The translations under genes were made by a program, and so were the position numbers. This document shows, one piece after another, positions 47,289-55,774 of a DNA stretch of 64,000 nucleotides. Each line of letters opens with the position of its first letter. The first letter of the stretch is position 1. Source of the stretch: Clostridiales bacterium (GTDB lineage Bacteria; Bacillota; Clostridia; Christensenellales; UBA1242); assembly GCA_015069415.1 (NCBI GenBank), contig SVIQ01000004.1, forward strand, positions 17,021 to 81,020, read 5' to 3'. The notes under the pieces are model-generated. The model saw only the letters and a list, made by a program, of their open reading frames with translations. It ran no database searches and was not told the origin of the DNA.

Positions 47289-48800
47289 ATGAACAAAAGA
47301 ATGCACAAAAGTTGGTTTAATTTTAGGCCTTTATTACTAATATTTGTTTTCCTAATGTTAGGAAGTCTTTTTGGTTTCTTTGTAACAAAGCATTTAGTTT
47401 TATCTATCATTGTCCTTGCTTTAATAATGAGTTTAACACTGGTTGTTGCGATAATCAACAAGAAACCTAAATTTTTCATTATTCCAGTTGTGTCGTTCTT
47501 AATTGCATTTTCATTTTTCAATTTTGCATGCTTAAAATTTGATAGGAATTTGGATATTCCAGAAACTGTTAGTGCTAGAATTTATAGTGTTGACGTTAAA
47601 GAAAAATCCTGCTTGGTTAAAGCAGATAATTGTAAAATTGATGGAGTAAAAGTAAGCGCATATATTTACATTTATGACACTTCTGGATTGTATGAAGGAA
47701 TTGAAATTGGAAGAAAGATTGAATTTAATCCAAAGAAAGCATATAAAAGTGACTTGAATTATGGAGACGTTCCAAATGCTAGAATGTACAAAGAAAATCT
47801 GAGAATGTCTTTTACAGTTGATATTGATAACGTAAAAATAGGGAAATTAGATAAAACTTTTGCTGAAGAAATCAAGTCATATGTTAAAACTAAACTTCAA
47901 GACGGACTTACGACTGAAAATGTTGAAATCGCTTATTCAGCTTTGTTTGGCGACAAAGAATTTTTAAACGACAATCAGTATAATGCTTACAGGATTTCTG
48001 GTATTGCACATTTATTAGCAGTATCTGGTTTACATGTTGGTATAATTACTTCAATACTGTACTTTATTTTAGACAGGATAAGATTTAAAGGCTGGAAAAG
48101 ATTGTTTCTTGTCTCAGCATTTCTGTTTGTGTATGCGTACATATGTGGATTTGCTGTGTCTGTAGTTAGAGCAATGATAATGGCAATAGTCTTGATGCTT
48201 AGTAAAATCTTTAAAGAAGATTATGACACCTTATCTTCAATTTCTATTGCTGGAATTATAATTTTCTTGTTTAATCCTTTGTGTGTTTTCGACATAGGTT
48301 TTCAAATGAGTTTTGCTTGTGTCTTTGGTATTGCATTATTTAGCACACCAATCAAGAATGCTCTTATGTCTATTAAATTTCCAGAACAAGTTGCAACTGC
48401 TTTTGCAATAAGCTTGTCTACTATGATAGCTCTCATGATTATCATGGCGTATTATTTCAAAACTTTGAACATTATTTCACTAATTGCAAACATTTTGTTA
48501 ATTCCGATTTTTACAATAGGATTTTCTATTGTATTCGTAATTTCAATGCTGTCGTTTATCCCAAACATTTGTGTTGTCTTATATCCAGTAAATTACATAT
48601 TCGATTTTATTAATGTTGTGGCAATTGCTTTAGGAAGTTTACCATTTGCTAACATGCGTACAATAGGGATTCATTTCTTAGGTATTATTGTATATTTTGT
48701 AATTCTGTTCATTTTAAGTAGCATTTGTCTTGCAAAACCATTGAACAAAGCAATAATATCAATAAGTTTGCTTGCAATTTTGGTGCTTCTTCTGGTATAA
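47289..48800 (+). CDS. comEC: ComEC/Rec2 DNA internalisation channel protein (no C-terminal metallo-beta-lactamase domain)
   Basis: ISGIAHLLAVSGLHVGII competence-domain signature. N-terminal OB-like region. Ends after the TM core at 503 aa. Confidence 0.85.
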   Translation: MNKRMHKSWFNFRPLLLIFVFLMLGSLFGFFVTKHLVLSIIVLALIMSLTLVVAIINKKPKFFIIPVVSFLIAFSFFNFACLKFDRNLDIPETVSARIYSVDVKEKSCLVKADNCKIDGVKVSAYIYIYDTSGLYEGIEIGRKIEFNPKKAYKSDLNYGDVPNARMYKENLRMSFTVDIDNVKIGKLDKTFAEEIKSYVKTKLQDGLTTENVEIAYSALFGDKEFLNDNQYNAYRISGIAHLLAVSGLHVGIITSILYFILDRIRFKGWKRLFLVSAFLFVYAYICGFAVSVVRAMIMAIVLMLSKIFKEDYDTLSSISIAGIIIFLFNPLCVFDIGFQMSFACVFGIALFSTPIKNALMSIKFPEQVATAFAISLSTMIALMIIMAYYFKTLNIISLIANILLIPIFTIGFSIVFVISMLSFIPNICVVLYPVNYIFDFINVVAIALGSLPFANMRTIGIHFLGIIVYFVILFILSSICLAKPLNKAIISISLLAILVLLLV

Positions 48801-48807
48801 TAAAATT

Positions 48808-49722
48808 ATGAATTTCATGGAATTTAATAAATCAATTAAATCAAGTTTGAGCGTTGTCTACAATTTAGTAGGCTCAGACTTTTTTTTGATTAATCAGGCA
48901 ATTAAGAATTTAAAATCATTACTAATTCAAAACTTTGAAGAATTTAACTTTCAAAAGATAGATGCTGAGAAACTAAAGAAAGAAGAATTAGTACCATTGT
49001 TAGAAACACTTCCTATTGGAAATGATTATAGATTAGTAGTATTAAACAACCCTTCAAGCGAAGCGGTGGATGTAATAAACAAGTTTGAATTTGTTGATTC
49101 TTCATTAGTTATTGTATGTGTCAATGCAGAGAAACTAAACGTAGGAGAAAAAGTTGATTGTGCATTCCTAGAAAGAAATGATTTAACTAAATACATTTTA
49201 AATTACCTTAGTAAAAATGAAACATCAATCAAAGAACAAGCCCTTGACTACTTAATTGAGGCTTGTGACAGTGATTTAACTAGAATTAACAATGAATTAA
49301 ACAAACTTGTAGCATATGCAACAGAACAAAAGGTAATAGATATGGAAATGGTTACAAATCTAGTTACTAATTCAACGGAATATGTAATATATATGCTTAC
49401 AAGCGCAATAGATGAAAAGAATTTGACAAAGTATCAATCCGTCTTGCATGAAATGAACAAAAATCAAACGTCAGGTGAAATATTTTCTTATTTAGGCAAA
49501 TATTTCAAAAGAATGCAAAACATATCGCTAAGTAAAGACGACAATGAATTAAGTTCTATCTTAAACATTAAGCCATACGCAATAAAAATGTCTAGACAAG
49601 CAATAAGCAAGAACGGAATTAAGTACTACATTAATCTTTATCATAAGTATGTTGATTTAGATTATAAAATCAAATCAGGTAAGATTACAGCACATAACGC
49701 TTTGTACGAGTTGGTGTTCTAA
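48808..49722 (+). CDS. holA: DNA polymerase III delta subunit
   Basis: About 305 aa. VYNLVGSDFFLINQAIKNLK N-terminus. Follows comEC as in Bacillus. Confidence 0.75.
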   Translation: MNFMEFNKSIKSSLSVVYNLVGSDFFLINQAIKNLKSLLIQNFEEFNFQKIDAEKLKKEELVPLLETLPIGNDYRLVVLNNPSSEAVDVINKFEFVDSSLVIVCVNAEKLNVGEKVDCAFLERNDLTKYILNYLSKNETSIKEQALDYLIEACDSDLTRINNELNKLVAYATEQKVIDMEMVTNLVTNSTEYVIYMLTSAIDEKNLTKYQSVLHEMNKNQTSGEIFSYLGKYFKRMQNISLSKDDNELSSILNIKPYAIKMSRQAISKNGIKYYINLYHKYVDLDYKIKSGKITAHNALYELVF

Positions 49723-50381
49723 TGGATTTGTTATTACCAAGTAAAATCGTTTACTCTAAAAGAAAAACTTTGGCCATTCAAATTAATGTTGACGGGGATT
49801 TAATTGTCAGAGCTCCTATGCGAGCAAAAGAAAGCGAAATCACGGCTTTTATTACGAAACATAAAGATTGGATAATAGAAAAAAGGACTAAAGCATTAAC
49901 TAGTAAAACAGAACCTCTTGAATTAAAAGACGGAGAAGAAATTATCATTCTAGAAAATTCTTATAAATTGAAGATAATAGACACAGATAGAGTAAAAATA
50001 CGAGGCAATGAGATAATTGTGCCTAAAGTTAATTCAAAAGACAAACTAATAACTAAAATTAAGGCAGTACTAAAAAAATATTTGCTTATTAGAGTCAAAG
50101 AGGTGGCGGATATGTACAATTTTAGTTATTCATCCGTGTCTGTTAGTAGTGCTAAAACAAATTGGGGTTCATGCAGTCATAATGATAAACTTCATTTTAC
50201 TTATCGTTTAGCTTTGTGCCCACTTGACGTAATTGATTACATCATTGTTCACGAACTTTGTCACACAAAAGTAAAAAATCATAGCATACGCTTTTGGAAA
50301 TTAGTTAAAAGTATCATGCCAAACTATAAAACTTTTGAAAGATGGCTAAAAGATAATAAATCGATAATGAATTTATTGTAA
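49722..50381 (+). CDS. YgjP-like (DUF45) zinc metallopeptidase/hydrolase
   Basis: IIVHELCHTKVKNHSIRFW HExxH motif in the C-terminal third. Confidence 0.75.
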   Translation: MDLLLPSKIVYSKRKTLAIQINVDGDLIVRAPMRAKESEITAFITKHKDWIIEKRTKALTSKTEPLELKDGEEIIILENSYKLKIIDTDRVKIRGNEIIVPKVNSKDKLITKIKAVLKKYLLIRVKEVADMYNFSYSSVSVSSAKTNWGSCSHNDKLHFTYRLALCPLDVIDYIIVHELCHTKVKNHSIRFWKLVKSIMPNYKTFERWLKDNKSIMNLL

Positions 50382-50398
50382 AATACGATATTTAGATA

Positions 50399-50426
50399 TT
50401 GACAAATGCGATTTTTGTGCTAAAAT
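50399..50426 (+). promoter_or_regulatory. Promoter of the WG-repeat gene
   Basis: TTGACA-16 nt-TGcTAAAAT. Confidence 0.5.
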
Positions 50427-50452
50427 GCTGTTACAAAAAAAGGAGAAAGATT

Positions 50453-50908
50453 ATGGCAAGTTACATTGACACATTAAGAGATTGGCTACGATTTAAAATA
50501 GCTGAAAATTATAAGGGCAAAGACCATATAATAAGTGACTTATTCGAAAGATACACCGGTGTTTCAGGATTGGATGACGGTTTAAATGTTGTACTAAGTA
50601 AAGGTGGAAGATTTGGATATATCAATGAATTTGGTGAAGAAATAGTTCCTTGTAAATTTAAGGATATTAAAACAAAACATTCTTCTATTGGAATCTTGGT
50701 AGTACAAGATAAGCATGGACAATGGGGAGTTATTAATGGTTTTGCTCAAAGTGAAGATGAAGTTGAAATTGTTCCATTTGGTGCATTTGCAATGATTTAT
50801 GACTTTACACTTAATGGAATTGCTAGAGTTGTTTATCACGATGGATCAAAAGGATTAATCGACTTACAAGGAACTGTTATAGCTCACGGTGACACGTTCA
50901 ACATTTAA
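50453..50908 (+). CDS. WG-repeat (KWG) containing protein
   Basis: AAGGAGA RBS before ATG 50453. GRFGYINEFGEEIVPCKFKD and GQWGVINGF repeats. The track TTG start at 50399 is the -35 box of the promoter. Confidence 0.6.
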   Translation: MASYIDTLRDWLRFKIAENYKGKDHIISDLFERYTGVSGLDDGLNVVLSKGGRFGYINEFGEEIVPCKFKDIKTKHSSIGILVVQDKHGQWGVINGFAQSEDEVEIVPFGAFAMIYDFTLNGIARVVYHDGSKGLIDLQGTVIAHGDTFNI

Positions 50909-50963
50909 TAAAAATTGTATATAATTTAAAAAGAAAAAAATATGTGATGAGTGAATAAGAAAA

Positions 50964-50992
50964 AATCTATTATAAAACTAATAGATTTTTTT
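50964..50992 (+). terminator. Intrinsic terminator after the WG-repeat gene
   Basis: AATCTATTA-TAAAAC-TAATAGATT followed by T7. Confidence 0.55.
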
Positions 50993-50998
50993 ATAAAG

Positions 50999-51027
50999 AT
51001 TGAGGTTTAACTCCTCAATTTTTTTTT
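50999..51027 (+). terminator. Second tandem terminator
   Basis: ATTGAGG-7 nt-CCTCAAT followed by T9. Confidence 0.55.
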
Positions 51028-51047
51028 AGTCTAATGTATTTTAAAAT

Positions 51048-51070
51048 AAAAAAACTCTCCATTGGGAGAG
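51048..51070 (-). terminator. Intrinsic terminator after rpsT
   Basis: On the minus strand: CTCTCC-CAAT-GGAGAG followed by T7. Confidence 0.65.
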
Positions 51071-51076
51071 CGGAGA

Positions 51077-51334
51077 CTAAGCAGCTTTGTAAGAGCTTAA
51101 TCTTGATTTCTTTCTGTTAGCAGTAGCTTTTTGCATAATGCCTTTAGAAACAGCTGAATCGATTAAAGAGAAAGTTTCACTTAAAAGTTTACTTGCGTTC
51201 TCTTGTTCGCCGTTATCAACAGCAGATTTATATTTTTTAACGAAAGTAGCAATCTTAGTTTTGTAAGATTTGTTTTCCATAGTTTGTCTGTCAATAACAT
51301 CAATACGTTTCTTAGCAGATTTGATATTTGCCAT
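51077..51334 (-). CDS. rpsT: 30S ribosomal protein S20
   Basis: MANIKSAKKRIDV... GGAGG RBS before the ATG at 51334. Confidence 0.9.
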   Translation of the reverse strand: MANIKSAKKRIDVIDRQTMENKSYKTKIATFVKKYKSAVDNGEQENASKLLSETFSLIDSAVSKGIMQKATANRKKSRLSSYKAA

Positions 51335-51423
51335 ACATTCCTCCAATACTTTCCAAGTATATCAAATAAAAATAGAAAAAGCAAGTGCTTTCACAAAATT
51401 TTTCCAAAATCATAAATTATTAT

Positions 51424-52107
51424 ATGAAAAAAGACAAATCTCCTTTGATAGGCATTTTAGACAGCGGAATTGGTGGTGTTAGCGTTTTAAAGGAAATAAT
51501 TAAAAGAAACGGCGGAGGTAATTTTATATATCTCGCAGACAATGCTATGATGCCATATGGGAACAAGACAAAAGAAGAAATACAACAAAGAGTTACAAGT
51601 TTAATAGATATGCTCAAAAACAAATATAAGGTAGATAAAGTGATAGTGGCTTGTAACACAGCGTCAAGCCTATTAGAGACAGATGATAATGATATAATAA
51701 AAATGCAATTTAACAAAGAAGACACTTATATAGGGACTCATTTAACTAAAAAGCAAATAGGAGATAATGTAATCGAACTCAAATCTCTTGCAAGAATTAT
51801 AGAAAACAACATAAATAACAAAGATAAGCTAGATAGAATTATTAAAAGATACATAGATACACTAAGACTAAGGGAACTAGATAGTCTACTACTAGGATGC
51901 ACTCATTATGAATTAGTTAATGATATATTTAAAAAGCATATGCCTAATACTAATATAATTAACAATAGCGAAAGGATGGGATTAGAGTTACTAGATTATA
52001 GAGATAATAGTTTAAATCTGTCCGTAATACTAACAAAGCAGAGTAAAAGCTATCAAAGTTTAATCTTTAGATTAATAAAAGAAGAAGTGGATGAAAGAAT
52101 ATTCTAA
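51424..52107 (+). CDS. murI: Glutamate racemase
   Basis: IGILDSGIGGVSVLKEI, ACNTAS and GCTHY catalytic Cys motifs. Start at ATG 51424. Confidence 0.85.
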   Translation: MKKDKSPLIGILDSGIGGVSVLKEIIKRNGGGNFIYLADNAMMPYGNKTKEEIQQRVTSLIDMLKNKYKVDKVIVACNTASSLLETDDNDIIKMQFNKEDTYIGTHLTKKQIGDNVIELKSLARIIENNINNKDKLDRIIKRYIDTLRLRELDSLLLGCTHYELVNDIFKKHMPNTNIINNSERMGLELLDYRDNSLNLSVILTKQSKSYQSLIFRLIKEEVDERIF

Positions 52108-54344
52108 ACATACCACTTCTTTTTAGCACTGTTAATTTTAGAATCTAGTAATCCGATTAAATACTCTTTAGGTTTAATAGTACACTCTGAAAGGATAATA
52201 TCTTTATTGGAGTCTATTAGTTTATAGTTAATAGTTTCATATTTAAACACATTTTCATCAAGATAGGATATTTGTTCATTAGTGTTAGATAGTTTAAGCA
52301 AATCACTAGATTTGTTATTAGCAGTTTTAATCAGTTTGTAAGAATTATATTTTTTCGTTTCAAAACTAATTAAAGCACCATTTTCTGATAGTATAACATT
52401 TAAGTTTTCACTTTTTTGAGTGTTTTGAGGTGGCGGATTACTAGTTTTAAAGTAGTCGTATAATGTGTAGCGATCTAAGTCAGACGATGGAGAAACAACT
52501 AAATTGTTAGTTTCGTATTCGTTTAGGTCAAACGGAAGTTTACTAACACTTTCAGGAACAGCAAAGTCTTTAGGCTTGTTTGATTTATATAAATAAGACA
52601 AAATTTCGTAATTAATTTGAGTAGGTTCATTTGAGCTTTTCATGTCGTTTGGTAAAAATTTGTCTTTTAAATTTGCAATCCAAGTAAGAACTGTATGTTC
52701 GCTCGTGTAAGCAATGTTGTACAAGTCAGTGTTTTTCTCATTGACGCTTGCAGTTCCAGTTTTTGAGCATACTGGTAAATTTAAAGAACTAAGTCTTTTA
52801 GCAGAGCCTTTTTCAGCACACGTTTTTAACATGTCGTTGACTAAGAAACAATCTTCTTCATTAAACAATTTTTCGCTGTAACCTTTATTTTCGTAAATGA
52901 CTAATCCCTCATTTGTTTCTATTTTTTTAACAAAAGTTAATCCATGCGTAGTACCTTGATTTGCTAAAATAGAGTAGGCTTTTGCAAGATTTAATAAATT
53001 AACACCATTTTTTGTTGATCCTAATGCAAGTGCCAAATTTAAATCTGAGTTATTTAAGTGGATATCAAACTTGGTAAGGGTTTCTTTAGCTTTTTTAAGA
53101 CCTACATAATCGAGAGCCTTCACCGATGGAATGTTATGTGAATAAGCAAGGCTGTCTCTAACACTAACATATCCATGATAATTACCATCTGCGTTTTTTG
53201 GAGAATAACCGCTGTAATTAATTTCTTCGTCTAGAATTTTTGTAGCTGGTGAGAGTAAGTTTTCTTCAATGCAAGGAAGATATACGGCTAAAGGTTTTAG
53301 AGTTGATGCTGGCTGTCTTTGTAAATTATGTAAGTTATAGTAACTGTTAGAATAATAAGCGAGAACATGTCCTTCGTTGGACAAAACAACACTTAACGAG
53401 TCTAAATTTCTATCTTTAACTTGATTTGATGAGGAAATTATTTGATTCTGTAAATTTTCGTCCTTGTATGTAATGATTTTATACTTAGCATTGATTAATT
53501 CTCTTTCAGACATATTAAGCAATGAACAAGCTTCATGAATTGCAACTTGCTCGTAACTGTTGTTATGATTGTGAGAAAAAGATAATGTGATATCTGAATT
53601 AATTAAATTATTGTAATCTGTTTTGTTAATAAATTTCTGTTTCAACATTTCTTTTGCTACAAGATTACGTCGTTTTATGCAATTTTCATAGTTGTTAATA
53701 GGGGAGTAATAAGCTGGAGATTTAATTAGTCCTGCTAAAGTGCATGCTTCATTTAAAGTTAAATCTTTTGCAGATTTGTTAAAGTAAACAAGACTTGCAT
53801 TTTCGATTCCATAAGCGTTTGACCCAAAATAGATTGTGTTTAAGTACATTTCTAAGATTTCTTTTTTACTAAACTTTTTTTCCATTTTGTGAGCTAAAAC
53901 GAGCTCTTTGACTTTCCTTGCATATGTTTTCTCATTAGTAAGTAGTGCATTTTTTACCAACTGTTGACTTATTGTTGACGCTCCTTGTTGCTTCGAGTTA
54001 CTAGTAAAATTTATAAATCCTGCCTTTAAAATACGCAAAAAATCAAAACCATTATGAGAATAAAATCTTTTGTCCTCTATTGCAACAAATGCGTTTGAAA
54101 CATAGTTTGGCAAAGATTCAATTTCAATAATCGAACGTGTGGTGTTAAAAAGAGAATTTTCATTTGAGTTTTCTGACACCACAATAACTCCGTTATTGTA
54201 ACTAGTCAATTTATCTACGTCTAAAGAATATTTATTATAAAAAACAGCTGTAATTATCGAAATTAAAGCAAAAAGACTAACAATAATAATGCTAAAGGTC
54301 AACAACACTTTTTTTAACTTAGATTTGCGCGTTTTTTTCATCAC
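52104..54344 (-). CDS. Class A penicillin-binding protein (glycosyltransferase + transpeptidase)
   Basis: Signal anchor. GT51 motifs AFVAIEDKRFYSHNGFD and GASTISQQLVKN. Transpeptidase motifs STLKP and KTGT. About 150-aa C-terminal extension. Confidence 0.9.
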   Translation of the reverse strand: MMKKTRKSKLKKVLLTFSIIIVSLFALISIITAVFYNKYSLDVDKLTSYNNGVIVVSENSNENSLFNTTRSIIEIESLPNYVSNAFVAIEDKRFYSHNGFDFLRILKAGFINFTSNSKQQGASTISQQLVKNALLTNEKTYARKVKELVLAHKMEKKFSKKEILEMYLNTIYFGSNAYGIENASLVYFNKSAKDLTLNEACTLAGLIKSPAYYSPINNYENCIKRRNLVAKEMLKQKFINKTDYNNLINSDITLSFSHNHNNSYEQVAIHEACSLLNMSERELINAKYKIITYKDENLQNQIISSSNQVKDRNLDSLSVVLSNEGHVLAYYSNSYYNLHNLQRQPASTLKPLAVYLPCIEENLLSPATKILDEEINYSGYSPKNADGNYHGYVSVRDSLAYSHNIPSVKALDYVGLKKAKETLTKFDIHLNNSDLNLALALGSTKNGVNLLNLAKAYSILANQGTTHGLTFVKKIETNEGLVIYENKGYSEKLFNEEDCFLVNDMLKTCAEKGSAKRLSSLNLPVCSKTGTASVNEKNTDLYNIAYTSEHTVLTWIANLKDKFLPNDMKSSNEPTQINYEILSYLYKSNKPKDFAVPESVSKLPFDLNEYETNNLVVSPSSDLDRYTLYDYFKTSNPPPQNTQKSENLNVILSENGALISFETKKYNSYKLIKTANNKSSDLLKLSNTNEQISYLDENVFKYETINYKLIDSNKDIILSECTIKPKEYLIGLLDSKINSAKKKWYV

Positions 54345-54413
54345 TCTATTATTTGCAAATTATGAAAAAAAATTAACAAAAGTGATTAAATTGACGGAAT
54401 TTGCTTTTTTTAC

Positions 54414-54442
54414 TTGAAAATTCTTTGATATTATAATATAAT
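54414..54442 (+). promoter_or_regulatory. miaB-mutSL-miaA promoter ending 6 nt before the ATG
   Basis: TTGAAA-17 nt-TATAAT, then ATCACC, then ATG. No SD. Confidence 0.45.
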
Positions 54443-54448
54443 ATCACC

Positions 54449-55774
54449 ATGAGTGAAATTAGCAAATTTTTTCATGTTGTAACATTTGGTTGCCAAATGA
54501 ATGTACATGAAACAGAAAAAATCAAAGGCAAACTTGCCAGTTTAAATATGAAAGAAACATTAGACATCAAAAAAGCAGATGTCGTAGTTTTTAACACTTG
54601 TTGTATTAGAGAAAAGGCAGAAGACAAGGCGTATAATCAAATTGTTAAAATGAAAAAGCTTAAAGAAAAGAATCCTAACATGATTATCGTTGTATGTGGA
54701 TGCATGCCTCAACAACCTAAAGGTAAGTACAATTTAAAAGAAAAATTACCTTTTGTTGACGTAATTGTTGGAACTCACAATGTAAATTCTATTGCAGACC
54801 ATGTTAAAGCTTTATTGGGAGAAAGAAAGAGGGTGTACGAAATCATCGAAAAGCCAGTTGCCAGCATGGACACACCTAATTGCATTCGCGACGACAAGTA
54901 CAATGCATATGTAAACATAATTTATGGTTGCAACAAGTTCTGCACGTATTGTATTGTTCCTCACGTTAGAGGAAGAGAACAAAGTAGACCAGCAAAAGAA
55001 ATCTACGAAGAAGTAAAAGACCTTGTTCAAAACAAAGGTTACAGATTTATTACATTACTTGGACAAAATGTAAATTCCTACGGTAAAGATTTAAAAAGTA
55101 AAATGACATTTGCGTCACTTCTTGAATCTCTTTGCAAAATTGAGGGAGACTTTAAAATTAAGTTTATGACTTCTCATCCTATGGATTTTGGCGAAGATTT
55201 AATTAAAGTAATGAAAAATGAAAATAAAGTGGCAAAAGCATTGCATTTACCAGTACAATCTGGAAGTAGTAAGATTTTGTTTAAGATGAACAGACATTAT
55301 GACATTAAGCATTACATGTCATTAATCAAAAAAGTAAAACGTGCAATTCCAGAAATCAGTTTGTCAACCGACATTATAGTAGGCTTCCCTGGTGAAACTG
55401 AAAAGGACTTTAATCAAACACTAAAACTTTTAAAGAAAGTTAAATATGATCAAGTCTTTGCTTTCATGTACTCAAAAAGAACTGGAACTCCTGCTTGCGA
55501 ATTCGCAGATCAAATTGATGAAAAGGTAAAAAATGTTAGATTAAACAAGCTTTTACGCCTTCAAAAGATCATTGAAAAGGATCAAAACAAGAAGTATTTT
55601 AACAAAACATACAATTGTTTAATCAAATTCGTCAATGGAGTAACGATGGGAATTACAGACGGAGGGAAAGACATTTACATCCCTAACTACAAATATAAAA
55701 ATGAAAACTATTTTGCTTCAGTTAAAGTGGAGGAAATTAGAGACCATAAATTATCAGGAGTAATCGATGAGTAA
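54449..55774 (+). CDS. miaB: tRNA-i6A37 methylthiotransferase
   Basis: FHVVTFGCQMNVHETE UPF0004 domain. Radical SAM CNKFCTYCIVP. Confidence 0.9.
   Translation: MSEISKFFHVVTFGCQMNVHETEKIKGKLASLNMKETLDIKKADVVVFNTCCIREKAEDKAYNQIVKMKKLKEKNPNMIIVVCGCMPQQPKGKYNLKEKLPFVDVIVGTHNVNSIADHVKALLGERKRVYEIIEKPVASMDTPNCIRDDKYNAYVNIIYGCNKFCTYCIVPHVRGREQSRPAKEIYEEVKDLVQNKGYRFITLLGQNVNSYGKDLKSKMTFASLLESLCKIEGDFKIKFMTSHPMDFGEDLIKVMKNENKVAKALHLPVQSGSSKILFKMNRHYDIKHYMSLIKKVKRAIPEISLSTDIIVGFPGETEKDFNQTLKLLKKVKYDQVFAFMYSKRTGTPACEFADQIDEKVKNVRLNKLLRLQKIIEKDQNKKYFNKTYNCLIKFVNGVTMGITDGGKDIYIPNYKYKNENYFASVKVEEIRDHKLSGVIDE

Noticed and set aside
47240-47521. 93-aa minus-strand ORF overlapping the start of comEC.
   Set aside because: It runs through the tRNA-Glu promoter and the comEC N-terminus, has a low-complexity hydrophobic translation and has no RBS.
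51181-51482. Three about 70-aa ORFs overlapping rpsT and the rpsT-murI intergenic region.
   Set aside because: They are alternative frames of the S20 gene or of its promoter region. The S20 frame is clearly the real one.
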